Assembly: GCA_031291255.1 (NCBI GenBank)
Contig: JARLJN010000071.1
Span: 7,625-71,624, forward strand
Reading direction: 5' to 3'
Length of the DNA stretch: 64,000 nucleotides
Origin: Gammaproteobacteria bacterium
GTDB lineage: Bacteria; Pseudomonadota; Gammaproteobacteria; DSM-16500
In this document: piece after piece, positions 28,027-37,900 of the stretch
How positions within the stretch are numbered: the first letter of the stretch is position 1
Layout: each line of letters opens with the position of its first letter
Notes under the pieces: model-generated
The model's database searches: none
Seen by the model: the letters and a program-made list of their open reading frames with translations, nothing else
What the model was told of the DNA's origin: nothing
Position numbers and translations under genes: made by a program

Positions 28027-30369
28027 CTAATGCACATTAAAATGAGAAAAAATCCGAATCTTTAAAAAATCAATAGCAACGAGATAAACGATCACAATAG
28101 CTAATAACTTAACAATAAGTAGAGGCTGGAGGGGCGTCATCAAGATACCTCGAATAGCTAAAGTACTCACTATGCTAATATCTAATAATGAACTTAAAAT
28201 CAACCATTTTCCGGGCAATGAATTCCAAAAATGTTTTCTCTCCCTGATAAGATATATATTGCCTTGACCTGTGAAAACAAGCATAACAAATATCAAGGTT
28301 TGTAATTGTGGTAAAGTAAGATGAAGTACATATTTACCATAAAAGAACACCGAGAATGAAAGTAATAAAATTAAAGCTGCAATAATTGCACCAATCATCA
28401 TCAAATTCGAAATATGCCAATGTTCTGGTTTGTGAGAATATGTCACATTATCCGTTGCAATAGACATAGTCATGAAATCATTAGCAAATAATAAAAGGAC
28501 GATGAGCAAAGGTGTGATAATAAAATTTCCTGTCAACATTACGCCCAAACTAAGAAAAACAATAATTTCCAAACTTTTAATAATTTTATTAAGTGTATAA
28601 GTAAGCATTCTCTGATATATGCGTCGACTGGTTTCAATAGCAAATTGCAGGCCATTTAATCCAGATTCGGTTAGGACAATAGAAGCTGCTGCTTTTGCAA
28701 CATCCGTTGCGTTTGAAACTGCAATCCCCACTTCAGCTTGTTTAAGTGCAGGAGCATCATTGACTCCATCTCCTGTCATGCCAACAATATGGTTACCTTT
28801 TTGTAAAATCTGTACTAGTTGAAATTTATTTTCAGGAAACATGCCAGCAAATACATCACAATCTAATCCATCTGATTTCATTTCATTCTGAATGATTGAT
28901 GCGGAACATACTTTTTTTCCCATGCCAACCATATTTGCAATAGCTTTTGCAGTCACAATCCCATCACCGGTGACCATGCAGATTTTTAGCCCGAATTCTT
29001 TTAAACTTTTTATAAGCGATTTGGAGTCAGCTCGAGGAGGATCATAAAGAGCAATAAGTCCCGCGAATTCTAAGATTCCACGCTGCTCTGACTCAACTGC
29101 AACAGCCAATATACGATGACCCATGTGCGCCATTTTATAAATTTCTTCCGATATATTAGGAGTATTTGGAATTAAATTTATAATAATATCTGGCGCACCT
29201 TTTAATACACGAATTTCTTTACCCTTTTGATTGAAAACTGCTTCAGTGCGTTTATAAGTTGGGTCAAATGGAATAAATTTAATTCGTTCAGGCATAGTAG
29301 TGAGTAAATTGCGACTTTGAGCAGCGAATAAAATAGCTTTATCAATGGGATCTTGAGTTGATTCATCACTAGCAATTGCGGCTAAAAACAATAAGCTATC
29401 TTCTGTATAAGAGGAAAATGGTTTTAATGCAGCTAATTTAAGTTGGTTTTGAGTAATCGTGCCGGTTTTATCAAGGCATAATATATCCATCGTCGCAGCC
29501 TCTTCAATGGCCGTGAGATGTGTAACAAGTACTCCTCTTCTCGCTAACAGCATAGCGCCCATTGCAGTAGCAAGTGTAAATGTAGCTGGAAGAGCGACTG
29601 GAATAGAGGCTACCAATAAAATTAAAATATACGGCAATACTTCTGTGAATGGCAGTTTTGTAAGTAGAGCATAAACAATTACACATGCTACGAAAAAAAT
29701 ATCGGTTATCACTAGATATTTTACGATAGTAAAAATAATGTTTTTTATATGGCTCGATGATTTTGCTACTTGTACCAATTCAACTGTTTTGCCAAAATAA
29801 GTGTTTTTTCCTGTCGCAATAACTTCGCCAGTAGCTTCGCCTCTATTAATGATTGCTCCAGAATAAGCGATTGTGCCAATATCACTTTCAATGGGTAAAG
29901 ATTCCCCGGTTAGAATGGATTGATCAATTAAAATTTTACCTTCGAGTATGCGAATATCCGCAGGTGAAATATCCCCCATGCGTAAATGTACAACATCGCC
30001 TGGAACCAATTCTTGAATTGGAATTAATTGCCATTGCGAATGTCGAAGCACTCGCGCCTGAATTGACAAATGCTGTTTTAAAAGTATTAAAGCTTTATTT
30101 GCACGTTCTTCTTGAAAATAACTCAATAGAGAATTAAATACCAATAGTGCCGCTATAATAATAGCTTCATCAAATTTACCTATAAAAAGTTGAAGAATAA
30201 TTGTGACTTCAAGCATCCACGGTACAGGTGACCAAAATTTATTAAGTAACAGCAAAAATTGATTTTGATTTTGTTCCTTTATTTCATTTAAACCATATTG
30301 AAGAAACCGTTTATGTGCTTCCTCGTTTGATAAACCTAGGATATTTTTTATCATTTTATTATTTGTCAC
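28027..30369 (-). CDS. type-III P-type ATPase, second and AT-rich paralogue
   Basis: Motifs LTGESLPI, CLDKTGTITQN and MTGDGVNDAPALKQAEVGIAV. N-terminus LSNEEAHKRFLQYGLNEIKE...FWSPVPWMLE. Its start overlaps the upstream ABC permease gene by 11 nt. Confidence 0.85.
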   Translation of the reverse strand: MTNNKMIKNILGLSNEEAHKRFLQYGLNEIKEQNQNQFLLLLNKFWSPVPWMLEVTIILQLFIGKFDEAIIIAALLVFNSLLSYFQEERANKALILLKQHLSIQARVLRHSQWQLIPIQELVPGDVVHLRMGDISPADIRILEGKILIDQSILTGESLPIESDIGTIAYSGAIINRGEATGEVIATGKNTYFGKTVELVQVAKSSSHIKNIIFTIVKYLVITDIFFVACVIVYALLTKLPFTEVLPYILILLVASIPVALPATFTLATAMGAMLLARRGVLVTHLTAIEEAATMDILCLDKTGTITQNQLKLAALKPFSSYTEDSLLFLAAIASDESTQDPIDKAILFAAQSRNLLTTMPERIKFIPFDPTYKRTEAVFNQKGKEIRVLKGAPDIIINLIPNTPNISEEIYKMAHMGHRILAVAVESEQRGILEFAGLIALYDPPRADSKSLIKSLKEFGLKICMVTGDGIVTAKAIANMVGMGKKVCSASIIQNEMKSDGLDCDVFAGMFPENKFQLVQILQKGNHIVGMTGDGVNDAPALKQAEVGIAVSNATDVAKAAASIVLTESGLNGLQFAIETSRRIYQRMLTYTLNKIIKSLEIIVFLSLGVMLTGNFIITPLLIVLLLFANDFMTMSIATDNVTYSHKPEHWHISNLMMIGAIIAALILLLSFSVFFYGKYVLHLTLPQLQTLIFVMLVFTGQGNIYLIRERKHFWNSLPGKWLILSSLLDISIVSTLAIRGILMTPLQPLLIVKLLAIVIVYLVAIDFLKIRIFSHFNVH

Positions 30370-31186
30370 TATTGCTTACTCTGAAAAACTGAATATTCTT
30401 TAATGAGGTTAAGAGATAAATCGCAAATACTAATGCACTAATCCAAAAACTAATGGGCCAGTCTGTAACATAAGATAAACTGATTCCTATCCAAACAATA
30501 AAAATTGCTAAAAGCATACTCAAACAAATTCCAGACCAAAAATGATGCGTCCATTGGACAGCAATTGCAGCAGGCCCTATTACCAACGTGAATACGAGAA
30601 TGACTCCAACCACTTGGCTTGCCAATGTCACTGCGATTGCCATAATAATCATAAAAAAAATAGATAACCATACCAATGAAATTCCTTTTGCCTCGGCAAG
30701 TTCGGGTTCCAAACTAGCAAATAGCAAACGTTTTGCAATAAGAGTCAGAGAGAGTAGACTCAATATCATTAACCAAAACATAATATGAAGATCGTGACTT
30801 GATACACCCAACAGATTTCCAAATAAAATAATCGTCGCTTGTCCTGCGTAGCCATTGTAGAGATGCAAAAATAAACTTCCCAGTCCTAAACAAAAAGATA
30901 AGACGATCCCAATAATCATATCACTTTTGCTAATTCGCTCACCTAATGCACCCATTCCAATAGCAGCGAATACAGTAAAAATAAATTGTCCTGTAATAGG
31001 CGACAAAGCAATAAGTAATGCTCCGCTTGCCCCAGCAAATCCAATATGACCCAGTGCGTGTGCAGCAAAAGAAAGATTACGAATAATAACAAAATAGCCG
31101 ACAGCACCCGCAAGAATGGCTGCAAAAGTCCCTGCTATAATTGCATTCTGCATAAAGTCGTAATTAAATATACTCAAGTCAATCAT
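30359..31186 (-). CDS. metal (Zn/Mn/Fe) ABC importer permease, ABC-3 family
   Basis: 275 aa with about 8 TM segments and ZnuB/MntB-like organisation. Overlaps the ATPase-component gene by 8 nt. Confidence 0.8.
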   Translation of the reverse strand: MIDLSIFNYDFMQNAIIAGTFAAILAGAVGYFVIIRNLSFAAHALGHIGFAGASGALLIALSPITGQFIFTVFAAIGMGALGERISKSDMIIGIVLSFCLGLGSLFLHLYNGYAGQATIILFGNLLGVSSHDLHIMFWLMILSLLSLTLIAKRLLFASLEPELAEAKGISLVWLSIFFMIIMAIAVTLASQVVGVILVFTLVIGPAAIAVQWTHHFWSGICLSMLLAIFIVWIGISLSYVTDWPISFWISALVFAIYLLTSLKNIQFFRVSNSDK

Positions 31187-31988
31187 GATGATGTGCTACC
31201 TCACCTAAAATATTTTGTCCATCGCCTATTACATACAATCGTTGATTCAGGTGAATGACTTCGATTTTAGTTTCATATAATGAACTTAATGTTGCACTGG
31301 TAATAATTTCATTGACTGACCCAATGACTGCTTTGCCTCTTGCAAAAAACAACACGCGATTCATCACACGGAGTAATGGATTAGGATCATGAGCAGTAAA
31401 AAGAATGGTGACATTTAAATTATTTTGAATATCCGCGAGTAAATTAATAAATATTTCTTGGATATTAGGATCGAGATTGGATAGAGGTTCATCTAATAAT
31501 AAAATTTCGGGTGAATCAAGCAAGGCTTGGGCTAAATAGATTCGTTGTCGTTCACCACCTGAAAGTTGACGAAAAGATCTGTCCGCATAATCAATTGCTT
31601 TAACAAGCTCTAATACTTTTTCTATTTCTAAATTTTTTGATTTTGATGGCAAAGGTAAGCCGTAACAGCTTCCTTTGCAAGACGCCTCAAGAATAGATCG
31701 AGCTGTTAAATTAGCTATAGACATTTGACTGCGCATTTGTGGCATATAACCAATATGTGAGTGGCCATGTTGAGGTGTAGAACCTAATATTAAAATTTTC
31801 CCAGACAATGGTTTAATAAAACCTAATAATGCTTTAAAAAAAGTACTTTTACCTGAACCATTTGGACCAAGAATTCCAATGAACTCTCCTTTATGAATCG
31901 TAAGATTGATATTAGAAACAATTGGGTGATGGTTAAACCCAATTGAAAGATTTTCTGTTATTATCACATTATTCTCGGATTGAATCAT
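31179..31988 (-). CDS. metal ABC importer ATP-binding protein
   Basis: Walker A GPNGSGKST. Signature LSGGERQR. Walker B LLLDEP. H-loop TAHD. Confidence 0.88.
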   Translation of the reverse strand: MIQSENNVIITENLSIGFNHHPIVSNINLTIHKGEFIGILGPNGSGKSTFFKALLGFIKPLSGKILILGSTPQHGHSHIGYMPQMRSQMSIANLTARSILEASCKGSCYGLPLPSKSKNLEIEKVLELVKAIDYADRSFRQLSGGERQRIYLAQALLDSPEILLLDEPLSNLDPNIQEIFINLLADIQNNLNVTILFTAHDPNPLLRVMNRVLFFARGKAVIGSVNEIITSATLSSLYETKIEVIHLNQRLYVIGDGQNILGEVAHHHD

Positions 31989-32880
31989 GATGAGTCTCTC
32001 TCATTTTTTCTAAAACTAAAGTATTCTCGAGTAGGTTTAATTCTTGCAAAATCCACTGAACATAGGTGAGATTTATTGGCATTATCTCACTGACACCGAC
32101 AGCAGGAATTTTTTCGTTTTCGGCGATAGAGAGCATGTGTTTAATCGATGGATTAATGACTTGATTATTGAAAATTACAATACGAACAGAATGCTGACGC
32201 AGATCGTCTTCAAATTGTTTGACTTGGGAAAAAGTCGGTGGCACATCATTCATCATACTTAATTGAAATCCTTCGCCATGCATCTTAAGTCCGATGGCTT
32301 CAACCATGTAATTAAAAACCGGTTCGGTTGCAATCACTGAGGTGTTATTAAAATGTTGTTTAAGATTTTTTATTTTTTCAAAGATAGGTTGGTAGGATTG
32401 ATTAAAATTATTTAATTGTTTTTGAAAATATTCACGATGAGCAGGATCGATTTGATTTAACGTATCAACTAATTTTATTGCATAAGTTGGAATCGTTTCT
32501 GGCATATACCAAATATGCGGATTACCTCCATTTTTTACATTCATTAGGTCAGCAACGACAATGATATGACTATTCTTTTGATTAGATAATAGGGTTTGCA
32601 TCCATGGATCATAATCTATACCGTTATAAATGATGATGTTTGCTTTTAAAAGAGCTATTGCAGTACTGGAACTCGTTGTAAAAAGATGAGGATCTTGATT
32701 AGGATTATTAAGAATGCTGACTACATTAACATAAGGGCCGCCAATTTCTTTAGCAACTTCACCATAGAAATTTTCAGCAGTCACAATATTGATTAGAGCT
32801 TGAGCACTCACAGTATAAGAGCATATAAACAGCACGCTGAGAGTGGTCACAATAATTCTTAATTTTAAAAAACTGGGCAT
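31969..32880 (-). CDS. periplasmic metal-binding protein (TroA/ZnuA cluster A-I)
   Basis: Signal peptide present. Motifs NQDPHLF and NPHIWY are typical metal-ligand His positions of the ZnuA/MntC family. First gene of the operon. Confidence 0.8.
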   Translation of the reverse strand: MPSFLKLRIIVTTLSVLFICSYTVSAQALINIVTAENFYGEVAKEIGGPYVNVVSILNNPNQDPHLFTTSSSTAIALLKANIIIYNGIDYDPWMQTLLSNQKNSHIIVVADLMNVKNGGNPHIWYMPETIPTYAIKLVDTLNQIDPAHREYFQKQLNNFNQSYQPIFEKIKNLKQHFNNTSVIATEPVFNYMVEAIGLKMHGEGFQLSMMNDVPPTFSQVKQFEDDLRQHSVRIVIFNNQVINPSIKHMLSIAENEKIPAVGVSEIMPINLTYVQWILQELNLLENTLVLEKMRETHHDSIRE

Positions 32881-32913
32881 ATTATTCCTTTAATATGTCG
32901 CTTCTTTTCAATA

Positions 32914-32929
32914 TGTTATCATATCATCA
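32914..32929. promoter_or_regulatory. possible Zur/Fur-family operator upstream of the metal importer operon
   Basis: TGTTATCATATCATCA matches about 11 of 15 positions of the gammaproteobacterial Zur half-palindrome TGTTATAATATAACA. It lies 34-49 nt upstream of the binding-protein start codon. Confidence 0.3.
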
Positions 32930-33008
32930 TATACAATTAGGAAGTTAAAAATCCTTTAGGTATCCAATAGTTATGTACAACGATATGACATTAAGAGGTT
33001 TACATTGA

Positions 33009-33536
33009 ATGTCTAAAAAAGCTATTTTCCTCGACTCCGATGGTGTTTTAAATAAAGCAATCATGAAAGATGGAAATCCTGTTGCGCCCACCACTCTTGC
33101 TGAACTCGAGATTCCAGAAGAAGTTAAACCTGCATTAGATAAATTAAAATCCGCAGGCTATTTATTAATTTGCGTAACAAATAAACCTGATATTGAACGT
33201 GGTTTAATGACGCAAGCTGATGTTGATGCAATTTATCATAAAATACGTTCTGAATTATCTCTTGATGATGTTTTCATTTGTTATAAAGAAAATAGCGCAT
33301 GTTACAAACCAAACCCTGGACTTCTTCTAGCTGCAGCAAAAAAATATAATATAGCTTTAGCTCACAGTTACATGATAGGAGATCGCTGGCGAGATATAGG
33401 CGCAGGGCAAAATGCTGGGTGCAAAACAATTTGGATAGATAGAGGTTATACTGAAAAAAAACCAGAACCACCAGCAGACTACACAGTGCATTCACTTACC
33501 GAAGCCACATTACGTATACTGGGGGAAAGTACCTGA
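33009..33536 (+). CDS. HAD-IIIA phosphatase (GmhB/histidinol-phosphatase-like)
   Basis: Motif I FLDSDGVLN. Motif II VTNKPD. Motif IV GDRWRD. 175 aa. Confidence 0.8.
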   Translation: MSKKAIFLDSDGVLNKAIMKDGNPVAPTTLAELEIPEEVKPALDKLKSAGYLLICVTNKPDIERGLMTQADVDAIYHKIRSELSLDDVFICYKENSACYKPNPGLLLAAAKKYNIALAHSYMIGDRWRDIGAGQNAGCKTIWIDRGYTEKKPEPPADYTVHSLTEATLRILGEST

Positions 33537-34831
33537 TGGCACACAATAAATTAACTGTAGCTGATGAGTTAGAAAAACTTCAACGTGAATCATTCGATTA
33601 TTTTTTACATGAAGTTAATTTAACTAATGGATTAATTTTAGATAAAACTTCAGATAACTGGCCTGCTAGTATAGCCGCGACTGGATTGGCGCTTGCATCT
33701 TATCCTCTTGCTGTTGAGCGTGGTTTTATGTCTCGTACTCAAGCAGTAGAACGCACCCTGAATACCTTACGTTTTTTTTGGAACAGTCCACAAGGACCTG
33801 AACCTGATGCGACTGGCTATAAAGGTTTTTATTATCATTTTCTAGATATGAAAACGGGACGACGTGTGTGGCAATGTGAATTATCTACTATAGATACTGC
33901 ATTTTTATTAGCAGGTATGTTGGCCGCAGCGATTTATTTTGATGCGAGCACTGAAAAAGAAAAAGAAATTCGGACTCTTGCTGATGCACTTTATTGTCGC
34001 GCTGACTGGCAATGGGCACAAAATCAGGGCGATACCGTTACACATGGTTGGAAACCAGAAACTGGATTTTTAAAATATCGTTGGGAAGGTTATGACGAAG
34101 CCATGCTGCTATATATTTTAGGTTTAGGTTCACCTACGCATCCATTGCCCGAAAGCAGTTATACGTCATGGGTTAGCACTTATGAATGGAAACAAATATA
34201 CGGTTACGATTATCTTTATGCGGGATCCTTATTCACTCATCAGTTTTCACATGTTTGGGTCGATTTTCGTGATATTCAAGATGCATTTATGCGCGAAAAA
34301 AACAGTAATTATTTTGAGAACAGTAGACGTGCGACATACATACAACATGAGTATGCTATCAATAATCCGATGGATTTCGTCGGTTATAGTGCATGCTGTT
34401 GGGGACTGACTGCCAGCGATGGTCCTGGTCCTGAGATTCTTAAAATCAATGGAATTGAACGTCAATTCTTTAATTACATCGCTCGTGCTGTGCCCTACGG
34501 CCCTGATGATGGAACAGTTGCACCTTGGGCGGCGGTTGCATCCTTGCCCTTTGCTCCAGAAATTGTTCTGCCTATGATAGACCATTGTATTTATGATCTG
34601 AAACTGAAAGAAGGGAATCGTTATGGATTCAAAGCGACTTTCAATCGGACGTATATCACAAAATCTCACCATCATGGATGGGTATCACCTTGGCATTATG
34701 GGATTAACCAAGGTCCCATTATTTTAATGACTGAAAATTATCGTACAGGCTTGTTGTGGAATATAATGCGTAGATGCCCTTATCTTATTAATGGGCTTAA
34801 ACGTGCGGGTTTTACCGGAGGCTACTTGTAA
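33536..34831 (+). CDS. cytoplasmic (alpha/alpha)6-type glucan-acting protein, GH144/'putative glucoamylase'-like
   Basis: 1-nt overlap (TGATG) with the HAD gene. No signal peptide. The blocks ATGLALASYPLAVERG, DTAFLLAGMLAA and EAMLLYILGLGSPTHPL resemble the PF10091-type domain. That domain is also found inside cyclic glucan synthases and in endo-beta-1,2-glucanases. The family call is from memory. Confidence 0.55.
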   Translation: MAHNKLTVADELEKLQRESFDYFLHEVNLTNGLILDKTSDNWPASIAATGLALASYPLAVERGFMSRTQAVERTLNTLRFFWNSPQGPEPDATGYKGFYYHFLDMKTGRRVWQCELSTIDTAFLLAGMLAAAIYFDASTEKEKEIRTLADALYCRADWQWAQNQGDTVTHGWKPETGFLKYRWEGYDEAMLLYILGLGSPTHPLPESSYTSWVSTYEWKQIYGYDYLYAGSLFTHQFSHVWVDFRDIQDAFMREKNSNYFENSRRATYIQHEYAINNPMDFVGYSACCWGLTASDGPGPEILKINGIERQFFNYIARAVPYGPDDGTVAPWAAVASLPFAPEIVLPMIDHCIYDLKLKEGNRYGFKATFNRTYITKSHHHGWVSPWHYGINQGPIILMTENYRTGLLWNIMRRCPYLINGLKRAGFTGGYL

Positions 34832-34850
34832 GTATTCGGTATTATTTTTT

Positions 34851-34945
34851 TGTAGCCCGGACTAAGCGCAGCGAGTCCGGGAGTGGATGCGTCAAACTTC
34901 GCGGACACGGCGCTGTGCGCCTTTGTCCACGCTACAAATGTAGCG
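34851..34945. repeat. GC-rich REP/MITE-like structured element
   Basis: tgtagcCCCGGACTaagcgcagcgAGTCCGGG forms an 8-bp stem (34856-34863 with 34874-34881). A second hairpin is GGACAcGGCGCtgtGCGCCttTGTCC. The element is flanked by tgtagc/gctaca inverted termini. About 60% GC in AT-rich spacer DNA, immediately upstream of cgs. Confidence 0.55.
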
Positions 34946-34970
34946 CTTTTAATAAGGATAGATTTTAAAA

Positions 34971-37900
34971 ATGGACAGCAAAACCCTGATCAGTAGCATT
35001 CAAGAATGGCTACACCTAAAAAGCAAAGCATCAGCTGAAGGTCTCATAGAGCCACCTATTCCATCTGAGCTATTTAATGCTGATCAGATGGAACGTCATG
35101 GTGTCACTTTAGCCTTATCGCATACACTGACAAAAAAGCCTACCGCAGATATATTGCTGAGTCGTTTATCCGATAGCGAAATTATATTAATTAACTCATG
35201 CGATATTTTATCTCAAAAAAAGACGGATAGTTTTTCGCCTGCAACCGAATGGCTGCTCGATAATTTTTATTTGATACAAGAACAAATTCAGGCAATACGG
35301 CATCATTTACCTAAAGGATACGGCAGAGCTTTGCCACAGTTAGCCGGTGGTTTAGCAGGATACCCGCGGGTTTATGACATAGCAGTACAAGTTATTGAGC
35401 ATCGTGACGGACGTTTGGATTTAGAAAGCTTGAGTCGTTTCATCGCAGCCTATCAAAGTGTTACCTCACTGACCTTAGGTGAGTTATGGGCAATTCCTAT
35501 CACATTGGGTGTAGCATTAATTGAAAATTTAAGTACTGCCAGTAAACGAATTGTTACCGACAGAAACGACAGAAATTTAGCAGACCACTGGGCAGATCTC
35601 ATGGTAGATGTTGCTTCATCGGATCCTAAGAAACTTGTGGAAATCATTGCAGACATGGCGCGTTCAGATCCACAGATGAGCAGTGCTTTTGTAGCAGAAT
35701 TTTCACGGCGTCTACAGGGTGCTGCCTTAGCATTACCACTTAGCTGGATTGAGCAACACCTCGCAGAAGAGGGGTTGACGATAGAACAGTTGGTTCAAGA
35801 GGAGACTAAGTACCAAGCAGCTAATCGAGTTACCGTCAGTAATAGTATTGCAAGCTTACGTCGTTTAAGTGAAATTAATTGGCGAGATTTTGTTGAAGCC
35901 TTAAGTTTGGTCAATCAGACACTGCTGACAGATCCAGCCAATATTTATAGCAAAATGGATTTTGGTACACGTGATCGTTATCGCCATGTAGTGGAACGTC
36001 TCTCGCGCGTAAGTTTACGGTCTGAAGAAGAGGTTGCTGCATGCGCGATTCAGTTAGCTAAAGCAAAGTTGGACAGCCTATCACCAGATCAAAGTGAAAA
36101 TGCTGACATTCTTCGTTACTGCCATGTGGGTTTTTATTTAATTGACTCAGGCTTGCCGCAATTGGGAAAAGCGCTAGGCATAAAGGGTTCCTTATGGCAG
36201 AAAATTTGCTACTTTGTACGTCAGCGGGCGTTACTTTTTTATTTAGGATCTATCATTCTTCTGACGAGTGTATTGACTTACGCCTTGTTATTGCAAGCAA
36301 GTCAAAGTGCTATAAATGATGTATGGCTTTTGGTATTGGGTACCGTAATTGTGGTGTATGGCAGCCAATTATCATTTGCTCTTGTTAATTTGGGGGCAAC
36401 ATTATTGGTGGCACCACGGCCCTTACCGCGCATGGATTTTACGATGGGTATTCCATCTGAATGGCGTACACTGGTAGTCGTTCCAGCTATGTTGGGAAGT
36501 GCTGCGGAAATTGAATCGTTAATAGAAGCATTAGAAGTCCGTTTTCTCGGTAATCGCGATGATAACTTACATTTTATGTTGCTGACTGATTTTAATGACG
36601 CACCTGCAGAGCATATGCCTGAAGACGATGCGCTATTGACTTTAGCTAACGAACAAATTACCGCATTGAATAAGTGTTATCCCAGAGAGAGTAGTGAGGT
36701 TTTTTTCCTGTGTCATCGCCCACGCCAGTGGAACGCTAATGAAAATGTTTGGATGGGTAAAGAGCGTAAGCGCGGCAAATTATTAGATTTAAATAATCTG
36801 CTGCGAGGAAATAATCAGACGAGTTTTTCTTTAATCGTAGGGAATACAGACATACTTGCTAATGTTAAATATGTCATAACGCTAGATAGTGACACACAGT
36901 TACCACGCGAGTCAGCAAAACAGTTTGTCGGTACGATGACACATCCATTGAATAGACCTCGCTTTGATGATTCTAAACAACGAGTGGTCGAGGGTTATGG
37001 CATTTTACAACCTCGTGTGGCAGAAGCATTACCAAGTTCTGGTTTAACACGTTATGTGCGGCTTTGCGGCAATGAATTTGGTGTTGATCCTTATACTCGT
37101 ACTGTATCGGATGTTTATCAAGATTTATTCCATGAAGGCTCTTTCATAGGTAAAGGCATTTACGATGTTGATCTTTTTCAACAAGTGTTGGGGCAGCGTT
37201 TTCCAGACAATCGTATTCTCAGCCATGATTTGTTAGAAGGTTGTTACTTGCGATCCGGGTTTTTGAGTGATGTGCCATTATATGAAAAATCTCCCAGTAG
37301 TTATTTAGCAGATGCAACGCGTCGTAGTCGTTGGATACGAGGAGATTGGCAACTGGCAGGCTGGTTGTTACCAAGCGTATTAAACGCTAAGGGTTCTCGT
37401 GTTGTTAATCCGTTATCTTTTTTATCAAAACTAAAAATAGCGGATAACTTGCGAAGGAGTTTAGTCCCCATAGCACTCATGTTGTTATTAGGATTGAATT
37501 GGACAGTCTTGCCCGCTACATTTTTTTGGCTAGGCACTGTGCTCGCTATGGTTGCATTGCCGTCAATCGTGAAAAGCTTGATTGAATTGGTGCGCAAACC
37601 TAGAGATATGCTGCCTAGTCAGCATGTTGCTAACATTATTCATGCAGCATGGTTATGTGCTGGGCAATTGATTTTGTATATGGCTTGTTTGCCATATGAG
37701 GCTTGGTACAGTCTTACTGCTATTCTGCGTACTTGTTGGCGTATGATAGTTTCCAAACGGCATTTGTTAGAATGGACACCCTCGGATCAAGTTTCAGAGC
37801 GTCTACAAAATACATCAGCTGCATGGATTAGAAATATGTGGGTGGGACCACTTGCTGCAGTAATAACAGCAGCAGTTCTTATGATGCATGACAGATTTGA

